From positions 1 to 16,425 of IMG/VR virus record IMGVR_UViG_2648501186_000008: a DNA stretch of 16,425 nt, one strand, 5' to 3'. Under the pieces are notes generated by a model that did not search any database, was not told where the DNA came from, and saw nothing but the letters and a program-made list of their open reading frames with translations. Below are positions 12,648 through 16,425 of this stretch, piece after piece. The stretch's first letter is position 1. The number at the start of each line of letters is the position of its first letter. The stretch comes from a virus. Its lineage: Duplodnaviria; Heunggongvirae; Uroviricota; Caudoviricetes. Made by a program: the position numbers and the translations under genes.

Positions 12648-15119
12648 ATGAGTAAAGTCTTTATTTGCGCCGCCATTCCGGACGAACAGGCAATAAAGGA
12701 AGAAGGTGCAGTCGCTGTAGCCACTGCCATTGAAGCCGGCGACGAACGCCGCGCCCGAGCCAAATTTACCTGGCAATTCCTGGAGCAATATCCGGCTGCT
12801 CAGGACTGCGCTTATAAATTTCTTGTTTGCGAGGATAAACCCGGCATGCCCCGCCCTGCCATCGACTCCTGGGATACCGAATATATGCAGGAAAACTGCT
12901 GGGATGAGGAATCCGCTTCCTTTATTCCGGTCGAACCAGAATCCGATCCGATGAACGTCAATTTTGACAAGCTGTCCCCTGAAGTACAGAACGCGGTCCT
13001 GGTTAAGTTCGACACATGTGAAAACATCACCGTTGATATGGTTATTAGCGCACAGGAATTGTTGCAGGAAGACATGGCAACATTCGACGGACATATCGTT
13101 GAAGCGTTGATGAAAATGCCAGAAGTTAACGCCATGTATCCGGAGCTTAAGTTGCACGCCATTGGGTGGGTTAAGCATAAATGTATTCCTGGTGCTAAAT
13201 GGCCCGAAATTCAGGCAGAGATGCGCATCTGGAAAAAACGTCGCGAAGGTGAACGCAAGGAAACCGGAAAATACACGTCTGTTGTTGATCTCGCCCGCGC
13301 CAGAGCCAATCAACAGTACACTGACAATTCAACAGGAAAAATCAGCCCGGTCATTGCTGCCACTCATCGCGAATACAAGCAGACATGGAAAACACTGGAT
13401 GACGAACTGGCCTACGCTCTCTGGCCTGGTGATGTGGATGCCGGAAACATTGACGGCAGCATCCATCGCTGGGCAAAAAATGAAGTTATCGACAACGACC
13501 GCGAAGACTGGAAGCGTATCTCGGCATCAATGCGCAAACAGCCTGATGCCCTTCGCTACGACCGCCAGACTATTTTTGGCCTTGTCCGTGAACGTCCGAT
13601 CGACATTCACAAAGACCCTGTGGCACTGAACAAATACATTACTGAATACCTGACTACAAAGGGCGTGTTTGAAGATGAAGGAAGAAATCAGAGCGCAACT
13701 GATACTCTCTCGTCGCCAGTACCAGAAACTGATGCAGTGGAAACGGCAATTCCGGACAACGAAAAAACCGAATGCAAAGTGGAAGTCGAACCATCTGTAG
13801 AGCGTGAGGGGCCGTTCTACTTCCTCTTCACCGACAAGGATGGCGAAAAATATGGTCGCGCAAACAAACTTTCTGGTCTGAATAAGGCGCTGACTGCAGG
13901 GGCTACTGAAATCACGAAAGAAGAATATTTTGCCCGTAAAAACGGTACATACTCAGGTTCACAACAAAATACTGGTGCATCTGACACGACCGCACAACCA
14001 GAGCCGGTAAAAGTTACCGCTGACGAAGTAAACAAAATTATGCAGGCAGCCAATATCAGCCAGCCTGACGCCGATAAGTTGCTTGCTGTATCACGTGGTG
14101 AATTTGTTGCAGGGATTAGCGACCCGAATGATCCGAAATGGGTGAAGGGGATTGAAACCCGCGATTCAGTGAATCAGAACCAGCAAGAAACGGAACAGAA
14201 CGACCAGAAAGCGGAACAAAACAGCCCAAATGCGTTACAAAACGAGCCAGAAACGAAACAACCTGAGCCAGTAGCGCAACAGGAAGCGGAAAAAGTCTGC
14301 ACCGCCTGCGGTCAGACCGGCGGCGGCAACTGCCCTGATTGTGGTGCGGTGATGGGCGACGCAACATACCAGGAAACATTCGATGACAAGAACCAGGTTA
14401 AAGTTCAGGAAGACGATTCGGAGAAAATGGAAGGCGCTGAACATCCACACAAAGAGAATGCTGGCAGCGCTCAGGATCACGCCAGCGATAGTGAAACTGG
14501 CGAGACGGCAGATCCCTTAATTACGGTGAACGGTCATCACGTTATCACATCCACCAGCAGGACGTGTGACCATCTAATGATCGACCTTGAAACCATGGGA
14601 AAAAATCCTGATGCCCCGATTATCTCAATAGGTGCAATATTTTTCGATCCGCAAACCGGAGATATGGGACCGGAATTTAGTAAGACTATCGATCTGGAAA
14701 CTGCTGGCGGAGTCATTGATCGGGACACCATTAAATGGTGGCTTAAGCAATCACGCGAAGCGCAATCTGCCATTATGACCGATGAAATCCCGTTAGATGA
14801 TGCACTGTTACAATTGCGGGAATTTATCGACGAAAACTCCGGTGAATTTTTTGTTCAGGTCTGGGGAAATGGAGCCAACTTCGACAACACGATTTTGCGC
14901 CGTTCATACGAACGGCAGGGGATCCCCTGCCCGTGGCGTTACTACAACGATCGCGATGTACGCACAATCGTTGAGCTGGGGAAAGCCATAGACTTCGATG
15001 CCAGAACGGCTATTCCATTCGAAGGTGAGCGCCATAATGCACTTGATGACGCCCGTTACCAGGCAAAATACGTTTCAGCAATCTGGCAAAAACTGATCCC
15101 GAATCCGGTTGATTTTTAA
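12648..15119 (+). CDS. RecE-like (exonuclease VIII family) protein whose C-terminal domain is a DnaQ-like DEDDh 3'-5' exonuclease
   Basis: 823 aa. Internal segment DKLLAVSRGEFVAGISDPNDPKWVKGIETRD matches a segment of Rac RecE as I remember it. C-terminal 180 aa carry the three DEDDh motifs: MIDLETMG, WGNGANFDN and HNALDDARYQ. Also a CTAC-x7-CPDC zinc ribbon and a Gln/Glu-rich linker. Confidence 0.7.
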   Translation: MSKVFICAAIPDEQAIKEEGAVAVATAIEAGDERRARAKFTWQFLEQYPAAQDCAYKFLVCEDKPGMPRPAIDSWDTEYMQENCWDEESASFIPVEPESDPMNVNFDKLSPEVQNAVLVKFDTCENITVDMVISAQELLQEDMATFDGHIVEALMKMPEVNAMYPELKLHAIGWVKHKCIPGAKWPEIQAEMRIWKKRREGERKETGKYTSVVDLARARANQQYTDNSTGKISPVIAATHREYKQTWKTLDDELAYALWPGDVDAGNIDGSIHRWAKNEVIDNDREDWKRISASMRKQPDALRYDRQTIFGLVRERPIDIHKDPVALNKYITEYLTTKGVFEDEGRNQSATDTLSSPVPETDAVETAIPDNEKTECKVEVEPSVEREGPFYFLFTDKDGEKYGRANKLSGLNKALTAGATEITKEEYFARKNGTYSGSQQNTGASDTTAQPEPVKVTADEVNKIMQAANISQPDADKLLAVSRGEFVAGISDPNDPKWVKGIETRDSVNQNQQETEQNDQKAEQNSPNALQNEPETKQPEPVAQQEAEKVCTACGQTGGGNCPDCGAVMGDATYQETFDDKNQVKVQEDDSEKMEGAEHPHKENAGSAQDHASDSETGETADPLITVNGHHVITSTSRTCDHLMIDLETMGKNPDAPIISIGAIFFDPQTGDMGPEFSKTIDLETAGGVIDRDTIKWWLKQSREAQSAIMTDEIPLDDALLQLREFIDENSGEFFVQVWGNGANFDNTILRRSYERQGIPCPWRYYNDRDVRTIVELGKAIDFDARTAIPFEGERHNALDDARYQAKYVSAIWQKLIPNPVDF

Positions 15120-15185
15120 TGTTCAACCCTGATCGCCGTCCCCGAATTATATTGGCGGCGGTCATGCTGTAAGGCACGTGACCAC

Positions 15186-15437
15186 ATGTACGAATTAACT
15201 CTATCGCCAGCAGAGATTCAAGAGATCACGAAATACGAGCGATACACAAAACAGCAACACCAGTTAAGGCTGCACGGTATCCCATTTGTAATCGGTCCTA
15301 AAAACGAACCAATAGTTCTTCGCAGGGATATTCCACACGGACTGACTACGATGCCAAAAGCACCTGAACTGGTTTCCGCTGAACCCGATTTTGAGGCGCT
15401 GAACAATGGGAAGATCAAGAAAAAACAAAAAAGATAA
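15186..15437 (+). CDS. putative excisionase / recombination directionality factor
   Basis: 83-aa basic-tailed protein immediately upstream of and overlapping the integrase by 32 nt. Call is positional; I do not see a lambda Xis-like sequence. Confidence 0.45.
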   Translation: MYELTLSPAEIQEITKYERYTKQQHQLRLHGIPFVIGPKNEPIVLRRDIPHGLTTMPKAPELVSAEPDFEALNNGKIKKKQKR

Positions 15438-16425
15438 TGCACTACCACCGCGTGTTAGATCGAATGGTTACAGTTACGTATGGAAACCCGAAGGAAGCAC
15501 AAGAACTATAGGGCTCGGAAGAGTGCGGGAAACCAGCGTAGCTAAAGTCTGGCAAAATTATGAGCTGGAAAAAGCAAAACTCCACAACATAATGACAGTA
15601 GCTAAATTATGGCACATGTTTATGGACTCCCCTGCATTTACAGAACTGGCCCCCCGAACCCAAAAAGATTATCGGCAACATCAAAGGGCATTGTTGGCAG
15701 TATTCGGAAAAGTGCTTGCTGATAATGTAAAAATTGAACAGGTAAGAATTTTCATGGATAAGCGAGGACTTGAGAGCAAGACCCAAGCAAACCATGAACT
15801 GGCAAGTCTGAGCCGTGTATACGGATGGGGATATGAGCGTGGGTATGTGAAAAATAATCCATGCAAAGGAGTCAGAAAATTCACACTTAAAGCCCGTACT
15901 GTTTACATCACCGATGAACAGTATGCTGCAATATATGCGGAAGCAATTCCACAGTTACGTATTGCAATGGAGATATCCTATCTTTGTGCGGCAAGGCTCG
16001 GTGATGTACTCGAGCTGAAATGGCAGGATATTATGGAGAAAGGGATTTACATTGAGCAAAACAAGACCGGCACTAAACAAATCAAGGAATGGTCTCCGCG
16101 ATTACGTACGGCGATCCAGTTAGCCCGAAATGTATCTTCCGGCACATGCGAGTATGTGATCAACACAACCAAAGGCGGGAAGGTAATAGCCAAGACGCTG
16201 AACAACTGGTGGAATCAGGCTAAACGTGCAGCCGAGCAAAAAGCCGGCGTTCCGTTTGGGTGCAACTTCCATGACATAAAAGCCAAAGGGATTTCAGATT
16301 ACGAAGGCAGCAGTCGCGACAAACAAATTTTCAGTGGACACAAAACAGAAAATCAGGTGTTGATTTACGATCGTAAAACCAAAATAACACCAACACTGGA
16401 TTTGCCGCTTGTGGTCAGTAAGTAG
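15406..16425 (+). CDS. int: tyrosine integrase, lambda Int family
   Basis: 339 aa. N-terminal arm-binding region MGRSRKNKKDNALPPRVRSNGYSY...GLGRVRE parallels lambda Int MGRRRSHERRDLPP...GLGRDRR. Catalytic boxes AARLGD, NKTGTK, SGHKT and LIYDR align with lambda R212, K235, H333 and Y342. Stop codon is the last three bases of the window. Confidence 0.85.
   Translation: MGRSRKNKKDNALPPRVRSNGYSYVWKPEGSTRTIGLGRVRETSVAKVWQNYELEKAKLHNIMTVAKLWHMFMDSPAFTELAPRTQKDYRQHQRALLAVFGKVLADNVKIEQVRIFMDKRGLESKTQANHELASLSRVYGWGYERGYVKNNPCKGVRKFTLKARTVYITDEQYAAIYAEAIPQLRIAMEISYLCAARLGDVLELKWQDIMEKGIYIEQNKTGTKQIKEWSPRLRTAIQLARNVSSGTCEYVINTTKGGKVIAKTLNNWWNQAKRAAEQKAGVPFGCNFHDIKAKGISDYEGSSRDKQIFSGHKTENQVLIYDRKTKITPTLDLPLVVSK

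Noticed and set aside
12621-13313. 230-aa minus-strand ORF (plus smaller ones to 14773) antisense to the RecE-like gene
   Set aside because: The plus-strand frame is continuous for 823 codons with recognisable motifs; the antisense frames are shadows.

Overview
This 16.4 kb window reads as one arm of a lambdoid (Rac/Qin-like) enterobacterial prophage, running from the late-gene boundary (left) to the integrase (right, stop codon at the last base). Everything below is from reading the sequence and the supplied ORF track by eye; no searches or computations were run, and gene-family calls rest on remembered motifs and K-12 prophage layouts. Right to left on the minus strand: Cro-like YdaS and CII-like YdaT, an O-like initiator with in-gene iterons, a lambda-P-like helicase loader, a nin-like block of small genes with an HNH endonuclease, a DUF968 (YdfU-like) protein, RusA, a Q-like antiterminator, then a compact late promoter/terminator unit and a membrane-protein cargo gene. 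Left to right on the plus strand from the RacR-like repressor: a pL-like promoter, small early ORFs, a RecE-like protein whose C-terminus is a DEDDh exonuclease, a putative excisionase and a lambda-family integrase. Three cargo insertions interrupt this backbone: a plus-strand ParD/ParE toxin-antitoxin module in the nin region, an antisense coiled-coil/zinc-ribbon gene with its own promoter in the early-left operon, and a 124-bp segment flanked by a perfect 19-bp inverted repeat. I see no CRISPR array, tRNA or rRNA. The most promising candidates for something undescribed are the antisense zinc-ribbon gene, the membrane protein behind the late promoter, the RecE-DEDDh fusion without a RecT partner, and the inverted-repeat element; none can be assigned a function from sequence alone.
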